Source: Bacillota bacterium
GTDB taxonomy: Bacteria; Bacillota; Desulfotomaculia; Desulfotomaculales; JBFMEU01
Assembly (NCBI GenBank): GCA_040753155.1
Contig: JBFMEU010000005.1
Coordinates: forward strand, 1-60,542
DNA: 60,542 nucleotides
Direction: 5' to 3'
The translations under genes and the position numbers were made by a program. The notes under the pieces were generated by a model. The model was not told the DNA's origin. It saw only the letters and a program-made list of their open reading frames with translations, and did no database searches. Positions 60,421 through 60,542 of the stretch are shown piece by piece. Each line of letters starts with the position of its first letter. Within the stretch, counting starts at the first letter, position 1.

Positions 60421-60542
60421 GTGTAAATAAATCCGTGTAAACGGTTTGATCCCGCTATAACCGGTTAAGCTATTAATGGCTCTTACCCGTCAGGAGGATA
60501 GGGCTCTGGTGGAGACCAACCTGAGCGCCTGACGGGATTCTG
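60417..60542. mobile_element. Probable IS256-family terminal inverted repeat; the element runs off the window
   Basis: GGGAGTGTAAATAAATCCGTGTAAA resembles IS256-type ends and truncates the typA fragment. Confidence 0.55.

Overview
A chromosomal segment from a moderately GC-rich anaerobic Firmicute, probably Desulfotomaculum/Peptococcaceae-like (inferred from gene content, AGGAGG-type RBSs and SigH-like promoters). Most of the window is core metabolism: uridine kinase, nadE/PII/amt, alr-nnr-acpS, LytS/LytTR, two acs, an ETF/FAD-dehydrogenase cluster, a Mo-oxidoreductase, fadH, acuA and an [FeFe] hydrogenase. Four accessory zones stand out. (1) A stand-alone cas3 (4264-6444) with an intact HD nuclease, a helicase that has lost its catalytic motifs, and no other cas genes or array in the window. 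(2) A ~16 kb defence hotspot (7808-24288) marked by four pairs of direct repeats. It holds a type I R-M operon with an extra degenerate MTase-TRD subunit, a Mad3/Mad4-like ATPase pair, many truncated or chimeric toxin-antitoxin genes, and an IS607 element. (3) That IS607 element sits inside the Shine-Dalgarno GG of hicB. It has a RuvC-III-variant TnpB with an ACG start and a ~430 nt structured 3' RNA closed by CCTGGTTTC/GAAACCAGG. A 41 nt miniature of the same RNA ends sits between the SD and start codon of the nearby rubredoxin gene; this is the best candidate for an undescribed system. (4) A decayed agr-like/IS region at the right end. Several MITE/REP-like repeat families and ANTAR-type leaders are also visible. 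All family calls come from motif recognition by eye; no searches were run.
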